Shown here one piece after another: positions 52,401 through 60,353 of a DNA stretch of 64,000 bases (position 1 is its first letter; the number at the start of each line of letters is the position of its first letter). Origin of the DNA: an uncultured Bacillota bacterium (GTDB lineage: Bacteria > Bacillota > Clostridia > Christensenellales > UBA1242). The notes below the pieces were generated by a model. It saw nothing but the letters and a program-made list of their open reading frames with translations. It was not told the origin of the DNA and did not search any database. Where the stretch lies: NCBI GenBank assembly GCA_949292985.1, contig CASFBF010000001.1, positions 23,031-87,030 on the forward strand, read 5' to 3'. The position numbers were made by a program, and so were the translations under genes.

Positions 52401-53485
52401 AAATAACAGGCTTTGAAGAAGGCCTTGGCCAGTATATTGAATCAAATGGAGTTAAATATTATCTTTCAACTGCTAACGGACTTGGATTTATTGCTAGAAA
52501 CGGCGCAGAGTTGAAGTTTACCTTAACTTCCGAAGAGTCAAACAATTTAACTATTGGAGATGCGCCAGCGGATACTCTTGCTTCATCTTCAACACTTAAT
52601 CTTGATGCTTACAGAGCATATTCTCTTACAAGCAATATATATACCTTGACTGTTTCTGACACTACCGCTCCTGTTATCTTAACAGAATATAATTATCCAA
52701 AATCTGTTACAAAAGGCACAACAATTTCTATTGAACAAGTAGAAGCAACAGATGCATCAATTAAAGGCATCAATCGTGAAAGTAGTTATGCGATAATTCA
52801 ATACAAAGGTGGAGAAACTTCTTTCTCAACACAGTATTATTTGAACAGATGGACACAGGCTGATGGTTACAATCCAGAAACAGGCAATATTGAATACACA
52901 CTTTCAAGAGATGGTAACTACACAATAACTTATTATGTTTACGATTACTATAACAATGTAAATTCACAGAAATCTTACTCAATCGCCGTAGGTGATACAG
53001 AATCTCCTGTTGTTGAAGTTGCTGATGATTTTGTTCAAGATAAATACGAACTTGGTGCAACATTAACTTTGGATATCAGTAAAATTACTATTTCCGATAA
53101 TAAAACAGAAGATGCATTGCTTTGGGATACATTAGAGATTAAGGTTACAAATACCACTAGTGGTAGTGAACCTCTTGAAAATTTGGGTAATGCTTCAGAA
53201 AACAGATTTAGTTATAAACTTGACACAGCAGGCACGTATAAAATTGAAATATCTATTACCGATCAAGCAGGTTGGACAACTACAAAAACTATTGAATTTG
53301 AAGTTTCAACCGAAGCAGAGGGCGGTGTTGATGTTTATGAAATTGTTGGCATAATCTTAATTGTTGTTGCTGTTTTAGTTCTTGCTGGCGTAATTGCTTA
53401 CTTTGTAATTAACAAAGTTAAAAAGAATAAAAAATCAAAAGGCAAAAACAACAAAAAAGACAAAAACGACAAAATCGTTAAATAA
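49406..53485 (+). CDS. 1359-aa cell-surface protein with repeated Ig-like (HYR/DUF5011-style) modules, an N-terminal signal peptide and a C-terminal TM anchor
   Basis: Signal-like N-terminus (GVTLAFAGILATSFFPVNIIQSNA). Module ends recur (Y.I.Y.A.D..GN....F.I), followed by D(T/S)xAP starts (DSKAPTVYMY, DTKAPKIIL, DTTAPVILT, DTESPVVEV). The C-terminus is IVGIILIVVAVLVLAGVIAYFVI plus a Lys-rich tail. Confidence 0.85.
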   Translation: MIKNKIIKKNNLYKGVTLAFAGILATSFFPVNIIQSNADCLLGGVGSEAIILNNAQSVANKGSTYQIRAAYFGSDSQIPVGLDNYGAEYLVSYDGANTIDAITSNVTVTYKSSGQEVEIAKAQDSTIISALSIDSASAVYGTVELKNAGEYVVTYEFDVTVNGEVKSFASEYIVYSEITTAYFEFNDNDEKIVPNVYDVTLQGDTLKNIELPLPTLFDRNEEEVSGVSYVLNTDSVPSEGEFVKISVSGGEKAVVVEQNETGYYIDSKYFNPNDENFFAGYGNYTISYDYYLAGQFITSIKKSFTVSQNYYKNYELALTQNSSLSSAVTGVGVTLPTISGQTGEDSTPAKESVGISYTIEAYRRDSNNSYSETKAGSIVDGVFTPWANGSYRIVYTAKDFYGNTKTLEFRIDGVTDSKAPTVYMYDASQKLSEDEDGNKIYPDASTALKSKTSVGNVIIYAISALDNVSSLDNISLTRVIKNSSREITIDNQHNDKNLIFDYNWSTFLSNNNYIREKLEDLDIDTSSQQEVETWLKNNNFLIVSNKVEDKDKEGYAYLDITVSGTNILPGSSSGTSYTVLYYAKDEAENESTELSYSISIVSGTGLEDDVPPEITFVTNLKNSYRANSIISFEAPTATDDNDTRMDVVTEYFYTGANDTVYDSIILDDENYKIDLSEINNAIYSEDVPTMVTIKVSAKDDYGNVGTWTKEIAIADVQDTKAPKIILEKYNTQNDQPIQQNSEIILPTIVLSDDNVKYINSEVFVNRVEYVENSEGVKTKVETPITVVGKTEVKDVLSQRYTLEAGKVIASYAGVYQVKVVITDAGNNQITTFYNFEVIGSGVIEDPVITGLPAVIGDEGKAEVGTAIDLGTPSVAYKLSGDQYDIFGVSNDDSNSAFDYNIKVIGDAPSSYKFNENEENTFTAYEPGIYRLQYTVNVSVFDTSLFEKNTTNTAVIEKSTDNKVTAFSDGNFVMVSSTTKTVKYAIKTDSQYLIYDLSEKITGFEEGLGQYIESNGVKYYLSTANGLGFIARNGAELKFTLTSEESNNLTIGDAPADTLASSSTLNLDAYRAYSLTSNIYTLTVSDTTAPVILTEYNYPKSVTKGTTISIEQVEATDASIKGINRESSYAIIQYKGGETSFSTQYYLNRWTQADGYNPETGNIEYTLSRDGNYTITYYVYDYYNNVNSQKSYSIAVGDTESPVVEVADDFVQDKYELGATLTLDISKITISDNKTEDALLWDTLEIKVTNTTSGSEPLENLGNASENRFSYKLDTAGTYKIEISITDQAGWTTTKTIEFEVSTEAEGGVDVYEIVGIILIVVAVLVLAGVIAYFVINKVKKNKKSKGKNNKKDKNDKIVK

Positions 53486-53490
53486 CAAAA

Positions 53491-53517
53491 AAAGCACTTA
53501 AACTAAGTGCTTTTTTT
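53491..53517 (+). terminator. intrinsic terminator after the surface protein gene
   Basis: GCACTTA-aac-TAAGTGC followed by TTTTTTT. Confidence 0.8.
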
Positions 53518-53519
53518 AC

Positions 53520-53549
53520 TTGACAAATGCATATGTTTTTTGCTATACT
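53520..53549 (+). promoter_or_regulatory. promoter TTGACA-18-(TGc)TATACT of the rplU-prp-rpmA operon
   Basis: The hexamers were read directly. Confidence 0.6.
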
Positions 53550-53555
53550 TGCAAA

Positions 53556-53628
53556 GTATCCGCATAGAAGTGGCATTTAAGTGGCTTTGCCCGCCATGAT
53601 AGCGAGTTTGGTTAGAGGAGGTAAAATT
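53556..53628 (+). promoter_or_regulatory. candidate L21 leader (ribosomal-protein autoregulatory 5' UTR)
   Basis: About 70 nt of GC-enriched leader (GTGGCATTTAAGTGGCTTTGCCCGCCATGATAGCGAG) lies between the promoter and the RBS. This is the position of the known Firmicute L21_leader. The structure was not verified. Confidence 0.4.
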
Positions 53629-53934
53629 ATGTTCGCAGTTGTTGCTACTGGTGGAAAACAATACAATGTTCAAGTTGGCGACATTATTAAAGTTGAAAAA
53701 CTTGTTGCTAATATTGGCGATAAAGTTAAACTTGATGTATTGATGATTTCCGATGAAAACGGCTCAAAAGTTGGCGATAAGTTGAAAAACGCTGTTTGCG
53801 AAGCAGAGGTTGTAAGCCACGGCAAAGCAGATAAAATTATCGTTTTCAAATATAAAGCAAAGAAAAATGAGCGTAAAAAACAGGGACACAGACAACCATA
53901 TACTGAAATCAAGATTTTGTCTGTGAAAGGTTAA
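53629..53934 (+). CDS. rplU: 50S ribosomal protein L21
   Basis: MFAVVATGGKQYNVQVGD is canonical L21. A GAGGAGG RBS is present. Confidence 0.96.
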   Translation: MFAVVATGGKQYNVQVGDIIKVEKLVANIGDKVKLDVLMISDENGSKVGDKLKNAVCEAEVVSHGKADKIIVFKYKAKKNERKKQGHRQPYTEIKILSVKG

Positions 53935-53935
53935 G

Positions 53936-54250
53936 ATGACAAAAATAAAATTCACTCGCAAAAATGGAAAATTCACGGCGTTTAAGTTGTCAGGACACAC
54001 TGGAAAAGCCGAAGCTGGAAAAGATGTGTTGTGTAGTGCAATTTCCACTGCATCTCAAATGGCGGTGCTCGCCATAACAGAAGTTGCAGACATCAAAGCA
54101 GATGTGCAAATTAGAGATGGTTTTTTAAGTTTGATGCTTGAAAAGCCAAGTCAGGAGACTGATTTGATTATTACATCATTGTACAAAACGCTGGAAAATA
54201 TTTGCGAGAATGAAAAAAAATATGTAAAGTTGGAGGTTGAAGATGTTTAA
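53936..54250 (+). CDS. prp: ribosomal-processing cysteine protease Prp (YsxB)
   Basis: [19 protein letters not shown] carries the His/Cys dyad. It lies between rplU and rpmA. Confidence 0.9.
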   Translation: MTKIKFTRKNGKFTAFKLSGHTGKAEAGKDVLCSAISTASQMAVLAITEVADIKADVQIRDGFLSLMLEKPSQETDLIITSLYKTLENICENEKKYVKLEVEDV

Positions 54251-54521
54251 AATTAATATTCAACTTTTTGCTCACCACAAAGGTGGTGGAAGTACCAAAA
54301 ACGGAAGAGACTCTGCCGGCAAACGCCTTGGTGTTAAAGCAAGTGATGGACAAAGAGTTCTTGCTGGTTCAATCATTGTTCGCCAAAGAGGCACTGAAAT
54401 ATACCCAGGTGTTAATGTAGGGATAGGCAAAGATTATACTTTGTTTGCACTTAAAGACGGTGCTGTTAAATTTGGTTCTTCAAAGGGCAAAAAGATAGTT
54501 TCAATATTAGAAAATATTTAA
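54243..54521 (+). CDS. rpmA: 50S ribosomal protein L27 with a cleavable N-terminal propeptide
   Basis: [24 protein letters not shown] has the Firmicute-type N-terminal extension ahead of the conserved mature end. A GGAGG RBS is present. Confidence 0.95.
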   Translation: MFKINIQLFAHHKGGGSTKNGRDSAGKRLGVKASDGQRVLAGSIIVRQRGTEIYPGVNVGIGKDYTLFALKDGAVKFGSSKGKKIVSILENI

Positions 54522-54527
54522 TTTATT

Positions 54528-54553
54528 TCCCTGCTTTTTAGCGGGGATTTTTT
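54528..54553 (+). terminator. intrinsic terminator after rpmA
   Basis: TCCCTGC-ttttta-GCGGGGA followed by TTTTTT. Confidence 0.75.
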
Positions 54554-54559
54554 AAGATT

Positions 54560-55372
54560 ATGGAATACAAACTTTTTAAAAACAAAATTGAAATTTATTC
54601 AAAGGAAGATTTTAATCCACAACATATTCTTGAATGTGGACAAATTTTTTGCTACGAAAAAACAGAAAAGGGTTATCAAGTTTTTTCTAAGGATAAACAG
54701 GCGACAATCGTTGAAACACAAGAAGGTTATGAAATTTTATGTGATGACGAAAAATATTTTGAAATTTTTTTTGATTTGCAAACAGACTATTCAAAAATAA
54801 AACAGGAACTTCTTAAATTTGATATATTAAAAAATCCTATTGAGTTTGGCAGTGGAATTAGAATTTTGAAAAATGATATTTTCGAAATAATAGTTTCATT
54901 TATAATTTCCGCAAACAACAATATAAAAAGAATTCAAAAGATAATAAATTCGTTAAAAGAAAAATGCAATCAAGGCAGGGCGTTTCCTTCGCTTAGTCAA
55001 CTTTTAAAATTTACAGTTGATGATTTTTATAAAATTGGTCTTGGATATAGGGCACCTCAACTTTATAAATGTTTAAGGCAACTAGACGAAAATGAAATTT
55101 TAGCATGGCAACAAATTCCAACAGAACAGTTGCGCAGAAAACTGATTTCGCTTAGTGGTGTAGGTCCAAAAGTGGCAGATTGTATTTTACTTTTCGGGTT
55201 CGGAAGGAAAGATGTTTTTCCTGTTGATACATGGATAAATAAAATGTATAATATGTATTATTCGCCTTTAAATAAAAGGGAAATAATTAGAAATAATTTA
55301 ATAAATATTTTTGGAAATTTATCTGGATATGCTCAACAATATTTATTTTATTATCAACGCTCATCAAAATAG
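54560..55372 (+). CDS. ogg: 8-oxoguanine DNA glycosylase/AP lyase (OGG1-type HhH-GPD)
   Basis: HhH-GPD motif LSGVGPKVADCILLFGFGRKDVFPVDTW with the catalytic Lys and Asp. Confidence 0.85.
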   Translation: MEYKLFKNKIEIYSKEDFNPQHILECGQIFCYEKTEKGYQVFSKDKQATIVETQEGYEILCDDEKYFEIFFDLQTDYSKIKQELLKFDILKNPIEFGSGIRILKNDIFEIIVSFIISANNNIKRIQKIINSLKEKCNQGRAFPSLSQLLKFTVDDFYKIGLGYRAPQLYKCLRQLDENEILAWQQIPTEQLRRKLISLSGVGPKVADCILLFGFGRKDVFPVDTWINKMYNMYYSPLNKREIIRNNLINIFGNLSGYAQQYLFYYQRSSK

Positions 55373-55399
55373 GTGAGCGTTTTTTGTAGAAAAAGGGTA

Positions 55400-55428
55400 T
55401 TTACAAACAATTCCCCATGTGGTATAAT
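55400..55428 (+). promoter_or_regulatory. promoter TTTACA-17-(TGg)TATAAT upstream of nfeD-floA
   Basis: The hexamers were read directly. Confidence 0.55.
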
Positions 55429-55446
55429 TAAGCCAAGGAGGAAGAA

Positions 55447-55968
55447 ATGGAATTCGTAGAATTCTTTACACAAATGCACTGGTCTGTTATTGTGCTTTTG
55501 GTTGCAACAGTTATTTTGTTTATTATTGAAGCGGTTGTTCCTGGCTTTGGAATATGGGGAATATCAGGTTCAATAGCAGGTGTCGCAGCAATTATTTGTG
55601 AAGCAGTTTTTACAAAATCAGTTTTTGACGTTTTCTTTATGATTTTTTTTGTTTTGGTTCTTTTTACTATCTTATTCGTTATCTTTTCTCATTCGTTTAG
55701 CAAAGGTTTAATGCGAAAAACTCCATTAGTAGAGGAAAAAAGTGCTTTACCTGAAAATTACGGAATGAATCCAGATTTAAAGGAACTTATTGGAAAAGAA
55801 GGCGAAATTGTTTCAATTTGCAAACCTGTTGGAAAGGCAAAAATAAATGATAAAATTTATACAGTTTGTTCAATTAAAGACACAATATATGAAGGTGAAA
55901 AAATTATCGTTGTTGGTATTGAAAACAATACTTTAAGGGTTGAATTCAAAGGAGGAGAAAATGAATAG
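55447..55968 (+). CDS. NfeD-family membrane protein
   Basis: N-terminal TM bundle (EAVVPGFGIWGISG) plus a C-terminal OB-like soluble domain. It lies immediately upstream of floA, as yqeZ-yqfA do. Confidence 0.8.
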   Translation: MEFVEFFTQMHWSVIVLLVATVILFIIEAVVPGFGIWGISGSIAGVAAIICEAVFTKSVFDVFFMIFFVLVLFTILFVIFSHSFSKGLMRKTPLVEEKSALPENYGMNPDLKELIGKEGEIVSICKPVGKAKINDKIYTVCSIKDTIYEGEKIIVVGIENNTLRVEFKGGENE

Positions 55969-56974
55969 CAGTATGATTTTGGCAATAGAAGGTTGGGCAA
56001 TTGCACTTATTATTTTAAGTTGTTTGCTTGCAGTTGGTTTGGTTGTTCTTTTCGTTCTTGTGCCATTAAAACAATGGTTTGTAGCATTGGTTTCAGGCTC
56101 ACATATTTCCATGGCAAGACTTGTAGGTATGAAACTTAGAAAAACAAATTATAAATTGATTGTTAATGCTTACATTATGGCTAGAAAAGGTGGTATAAAC
56201 CTAACTGCAGGGGACCTTGAAACTCACTATATGGCTGGTGGTAATGTAGAAAATATTGTTAAAGCACTTATCGCAGCAAACAGTGCGGGGATTGAACTTA
56301 GCATTGATTTGGCTAAGGCTATTGACCTTGCAGGTAGTGATGTGGTTGAAGCAGTTGAAACTTGCGTTACCCCAAAAATTATTGAAGTCAACAATATCGC
56401 TGCTGTAGCACAAGATGGTATTGAAGTTATTGTAAATGTTAAAGTAACAGTTAAAACAGATATTGATGAACTCGTTGGTGGCGCAAGAGAAGATACGGTT
56501 ATCGCCAGAGTAGGTAAAGGGATTGTAAGTTGTATTGGTGCTGCCGAAACATATACTCAACTTCTTGAAAATCCATCAGACATTGCAGATGCAATTTTGG
56601 GCAAAGGTTTAGACGATGGAACTGCATACGATATTGTTTCAGTCGATGTTTCAGACATTGATATTGGAAGAAACCTTGGCGCTAAACTGGAAACAGAAGA
56701 GGCTGAAAAAGAGAAAAAACTTGCTGAGGCTCAGGCTGAAAGATTAAGATCTATGGCTGTTGCAGAAGAACAAAAAATGAAGGCTAAAACCCAAGAAATG
56801 AAAGCCGCCGTAGTTGCTGCTGAGGCAGAAATTCCTAAGGCTATTGCAAGTGCTATAAGAGAGGGAAAATTTGGCGTTTTAGATTACTACAAACTTAAAA
56901 ATTTGCAGGCTGATACCGCTATGCGTGCTTCAATAGCAGGAACAGAACAAGATAGCGGAGACGGGGAGGCTTAA
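55961..56974 (+). CDS. floA: flotillin-like protein FloA (YqfA)
   Basis: SGSHISMARLVGMKLRK...LIVNAYIMARKGGI...THYMAGGNVENIV is typical of FloA/UPF0365. A GGAGGAG RBS is present. Confidence 0.92.
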   Translation: MNSSMILAIEGWAIALIILSCLLAVGLVVLFVLVPLKQWFVALVSGSHISMARLVGMKLRKTNYKLIVNAYIMARKGGINLTAGDLETHYMAGGNVENIVKALIAANSAGIELSIDLAKAIDLAGSDVVEAVETCVTPKIIEVNNIAAVAQDGIEVIVNVKVTVKTDIDELVGGAREDTVIARVGKGIVSCIGAAETYTQLLENPSDIADAILGKGLDDGTAYDIVSVDVSDIDIGRNLGAKLETEEAEKEKKLAEAQAERLRSMAVAEEQKMKAKTQEMKAAVVAAEAEIPKAIASAIREGKFGVLDYYKLKNLQADTAMRASIAGTEQDSGDGEA

Positions 56975-56976
56975 TT

Positions 56977-57462
56977 ATGTTGTGGCTTTGGGTGTCATTG
57001 ATATTTTTAGGTGCCGCTCTTGTATGTGTGCTTTTGTTTATCTATGAAAAGCGTAAACAAATATTTAGAAAAAAAACAAAAGAAGAAAAGCAGGCAAAAA
57101 AACAAGCCAAATTAAACAAAAAAACAAAAATTATTGCTCCTGCTGTTCCAGCAGAAAAAAAACCAAGCGATGAAATAAATTTAAGCGAAAATTTGGTGGA
57201 AGTTATACCAGAAGACAAAATTTTACAGGAAGAATATTCCCCATCATCTGAATTTATTGAAGAAGAAATTTTCCCAACAAAAATCAATAACAGACCTTCA
57301 TTTAAAAGAGATATGTCTGCATATGATAGATTTAGAAAGAATTATGATTACAATGATAGCGGGAAACAGAGCGTAAAAGAGCAAATAAAAAATTTATCTC
57401 CTGAAATGAAAGTGCTTCTTTTTACGGGAGCGTTAGACAGAAAAGACGAAGACGAATTCTAA
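56977..57462 (+). CDS. hypothetical membrane-anchored Lys/Glu-rich protein (yqfB position)
   Basis: One N-terminal TM helix followed by a charged low-complexity region. The gene is tightly packed after floA. Confidence 0.6.
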   Translation: MLWLWVSLIFLGAALVCVLLFIYEKRKQIFRKKTKEEKQAKKQAKLNKKTKIIAPAVPAEKKPSDEINLSENLVEVIPEDKILQEEYSPSSEFIEEEIFPTKINNRPSFKRDMSAYDRFRKNYDYNDSGKQSVKEQIKNLSPEMKVLLFTGALDRKDEDEF

Positions 57463-57506
57463 ATAATTTTAAACACGCATACTTTAATTTATAAAGGGAA
57501 AAATGC

Positions 57507-57764
57507 GTGTTTAATTTTTTTGATGAGATAAAAAATTCTTTAAAAAATCAAAAACTGACCGAACGATACAACATAATCAATATGTCGGGCAGAATTTTAT
57601 ATATTGAAGGACATCTGGGAATTTGCAGACTTTCAAAGGAGCAAATTACTTTTAAAGTTAAAGGCGGGATTATAACGGTTCAGGGCAGTGATTTACTTTT
57701 ATTTGAACTTACAGATAAAACAATAAAAATCACTGGCGAAATTAAAACAGTTGAGGCCATGTGA
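57507..57764 (+). CDS. yqfC: sporulation protein YqfC (YabP/YqfC family)
   Basis: ILYIEGHLGICRLSKEQITFKVKGGIITVQGSDLLLFELTDKTIKITGEI fits the YabP/YqfC pattern. The start is GTG. yqfD follows. A CATACTTT sigma-E-like -10 box lies at 57478-57485. Confidence 0.85.
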   Translation: MFNFFDEIKNSLKNQKLTERYNIINMSGRILYIEGHLGICRLSKEQITFKVKGGIITVQGSDLLLFELTDKTIKITGEIKTVEAM

Positions 57765-58912
57765 TGAAACTGAAAAACTATCATTATTTTGAAATTAAGG
57801 GACTGAACCAAGAGCGTCTTTTTAATAAACTAAGCCAAAATTTTCAAATTTTTGAAATAAATAGAATTCAAAAAAATCGAAGTACATTTAAAGTTAAATA
57901 TTTTGACGGTGCAAAAGTTAAAAAAATACTGCTAGCCGATGGCTACGAAATTTTAACCCATAAAAAAGCAGGTTTTTTTAATCATGTTGCAATATTTGCC
58001 ACAAGTTATGGGTTAATCGCTGGGTTAGGAATAAGTGTTTTGTTGTATGCCATTCAGTCCCCTTATATTCAAAAAATTGAAGTTTGGGGGGTGGATAATT
58101 CAGCAGAGATTGCTGAATATGTGGAAAAAAATCTTCCAAGCAAAAATAAAAACAAAATTGATGTTTCAACTGTTGAACATATGATAAACAATAATTTTGA
58201 AAACATCAGTTTTGTCAGTGGCGCTGTTGTAGGCCAAAGCCTTGTAATAAATGTTAAAAATGAAATTATTCCACCGGAAATGGAAAGTGAATTTGAACCT
58301 ATTGTTGCACAATATGACGGTGTTGTTACTGATATTACTTTAATACAGGGCACTTTAAAGGTTCAGGTGGGAGACATAATTCAAAAAGGACAGATTCTGG
58401 TTGAGGGTTATGTTATTAACTCAGAAGGCGAAAAGTTTAACATTCAGCCAAAAGCCACAATTTATATGGATATTTGGGTGGAAGGTGAAGCCACTCATTT
58501 CGATGAACAAATTATAACCTACCGCACAGGTAATAAAGTTGAACATGTTTCTGTCACGCTTTTTGGTCAAGAATTTTATACAAATGGAGTTGAGTGTAAA
58601 TATGACCAATACGAAAGCGAGCAGACCGAACAAAATCTCTCTCAAAACAATTTATTGCCATTTAAAATTATTAAAACAACATATTACGAACTTGCGTCGG
58701 AAACAATAATATCTTCGTTTGAAGAAAAGAAAGATGAAGTAATCAAACAAGCCAGAGAAAACTGCTTGCAAAAATTACAAGGATATGAGATAATAAAAAA
58801 TGAAAATTATACAATAATACAAGCGTCAGGTTGCACAACTGTTAAGTATGTTATTACGGCAAATTTGCTTGTATGTGAAGGAGAAAATGAAAATTTATAC
58901 GAACAAACCTAA
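57764..58912 (+). CDS. yqfD: sporulation protein YqfD
   Basis: The size, the single central TM segment and the position after yqfC (start overlaps its stop) match YqfD. Confidence 0.8.
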   Translation: MKLKNYHYFEIKGLNQERLFNKLSQNFQIFEINRIQKNRSTFKVKYFDGAKVKKILLADGYEILTHKKAGFFNHVAIFATSYGLIAGLGISVLLYAIQSPYIQKIEVWGVDNSAEIAEYVEKNLPSKNKNKIDVSTVEHMINNNFENISFVSGAVVGQSLVINVKNEIIPPEMESEFEPIVAQYDGVVTDITLIQGTLKVQVGDIIQKGQILVEGYVINSEGEKFNIQPKATIYMDIWVEGEATHFDEQIITYRTGNKVEHVSVTLFGQEFYTNGVECKYDQYESEQTEQNLSQNNLLPFKIIKTTYYELASETIISSFEEKKDEVIKQARENCLQKLQGYEIIKNENYTIIQASGCTTVKYVITANLLVCEGENENLYEQT

Positions 58913-59360
58913 ACTGTTAAACCAAAAGGTTTTTGATGAGGCACTTAAACTTACAGACAATGAAGTTGAAGGTGTTACGGTTGGGATTACCTTTGTTTCA
59001 AAGGCAAAAATTAAAAAATTGAATTTGACAAGACGCGGTATAAATAAAGTTACCGATGTTCTTTCTTTTCCTATGTTTGAAACTAAGAAAAAGGGAACTC
59101 TTAAAAATTTTATAAATGAAGCAGACCCACTTACAAAAGAACTTGAAATAGGGGATATAGTAATTTGTTTGCCAGTAGCAAAAAAACAGGCAAAACAGTA
59201 TAAACATTCCTTAAATAGAGAAATTAACTTTTTGGCATTGCATGGTTTTTTGCATTTATTGGGCTACGACCACTTAAATGCTCGTCAAGAAAAAGAGATG
59301 TATTCATTGGCTGAAAAAGTATTAACAAGCCTTTCTATTACAAGAGGTGAACATGTATAA
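58887..59360 (+). CDS. ybeY: rRNA maturation RNase YbeY
   Basis: Zinc motif HGFLHLLGYDH. A GAAGGAG RBS precedes the ATG at 58887. Confidence 0.93.
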   Translation: MKIYTNKPKLLNQKVFDEALKLTDNEVEGVTVGITFVSKAKIKKLNLTRRGINKVTDVLSFPMFETKKKGTLKNFINEADPLTKELEIGDIVICLPVAKKQAKQYKHSLNREINFLALHGFLHLLGYDHLNARQEKEMYSLAEKVLTSLSITRGEHV

Positions 59361-60198
59361 ATTTGGATATGTCGCTATTTTGGGTAAGCCAAACGCAGGG
59401 AAAAGCACTTTAATTAACAGATTGGTTGGCATGAGACTCGCAATTATTTCGGATAAGCCACAAACAACTCGTGACAATATTTTGGCAATTGTTAATGGCA
59501 AAAATTATCAACTTGTGCTGATTGACACCCCTGGAATACATAAAGCAACTTCTCATCTTGATAAATTCATGATGAAAAATGTGCGCACAGCCAAAGCAGG
59601 CGCAGATGTTGTGGTGTATTTGCTGGATAGTTCTCTTCAACCTGATCCGCAAGAATTAGAGCATATCGCTAAAATGAAAAAAGATGGGCTTAATGTGATT
59701 GTGGCAGGCTCAAAAAGCGATAAGAAAAAATTTGAATTTGACTGTGATTTATATTTTTCAGCAGTTACAGGAGAAAATGTTTCAAATTTGATTGATAAAA
59801 TACTTGAATTTCTTCCATCTTCAAAAAAGAAAAACTTTTTATATGGGCAAGATGAAGTAACTGATAAACCTGTAAAGTTTATTGTGGGGGAGTATGTGCG
59901 TGAAGGGGTGTTGAGGATACTTAAAAAAGAAGTGCCTCACGGCGTTGCAGTTGTTACAACCGCTTTTGAAGAAAAGGCAAACATAGTTAATATAGAAACA
60001 GAAATTGTTTGTGAAAAACAATCTCATAAAGGAATTATTATTGGCAAAGGTGGGGAAACCTTAAAAAAGATAGGAATGTATGCAAGAGAACAATGCGAAG
60101 AACTTTTAGGCAAAAAAGTGATGTTGAAAATTTTTGTTAAAGTTGAAGAAGGCTGGAAAGATAAACCTAACAAACTTACCGATTTGGGTTATAACTAG
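59353..60198 (+). CDS. era: GTPase Era
   Basis: GKPNAGKSTLIN and DTPG motifs plus a C-terminal KH domain (IIGKGGETLKKIG). Confidence 0.95.
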   Translation: MYKFGYVAILGKPNAGKSTLINRLVGMRLAIISDKPQTTRDNILAIVNGKNYQLVLIDTPGIHKATSHLDKFMMKNVRTAKAGADVVVYLLDSSLQPDPQELEHIAKMKKDGLNVIVAGSKSDKKKFEFDCDLYFSAVTGENVSNLIDKILEFLPSSKKKNFLYGQDEVTDKPVKFIVGEYVREGVLRILKKEVPHGVAVVTTAFEEKANIVNIETEIVCEKQSHKGIIIGKGGETLKKIGMYAREQCEELLGKKVMLKIFVKVEEGWKDKPNKLTDLGYN

Positions 60199-60282
60199 GC
60201 GAGCAAGGCGCGTGCGAAGCACGCATGCCCCGTTAGGGGCAGAAAATTTTTGCGAGATAGCGCAAAAATTTGCCTTGCTCGC
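60199..60282. repeat. GC-rich nested-palindrome element B (closing stem plus three hairpins), followed by a T-run
   Basis: Closing stem GCGAGCAAGGC/GCCTTGCTCGC (11 bp). Hairpins are GCGTGC-gaa-GCACGC, TGCCCC-gtta-GGGGCA and AAATTTTTGCG-agatag-CGCAAAAATTT. It starts right after the era TAG, and T9 follows at 60284-60292. Confidence 0.7.
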
Positions 60283-60353
60283 ATTTTTTTTTGTGACAAT
60301 TCACCGATTTTTGAAATATAGTGTAACAAGACTACTACGCGAAAGAGGAAACA

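Noticed and set aside
60196-60294. UAG recoding or readthrough stimulated by the downstream structure (PYLIS-like idea), because both elements abut TAG stops.
   Set aside because: Reading through the era TAG gives only about 32 low-complexity codons (ASKARAKHACPVRGRKFLRDSAKICLARIFFL) before a TGA. TAG is used as an ordinary stop elsewhere in the window, for example in mraY and the IMPase gene. No pyl genes are visible. This remains formally untested.
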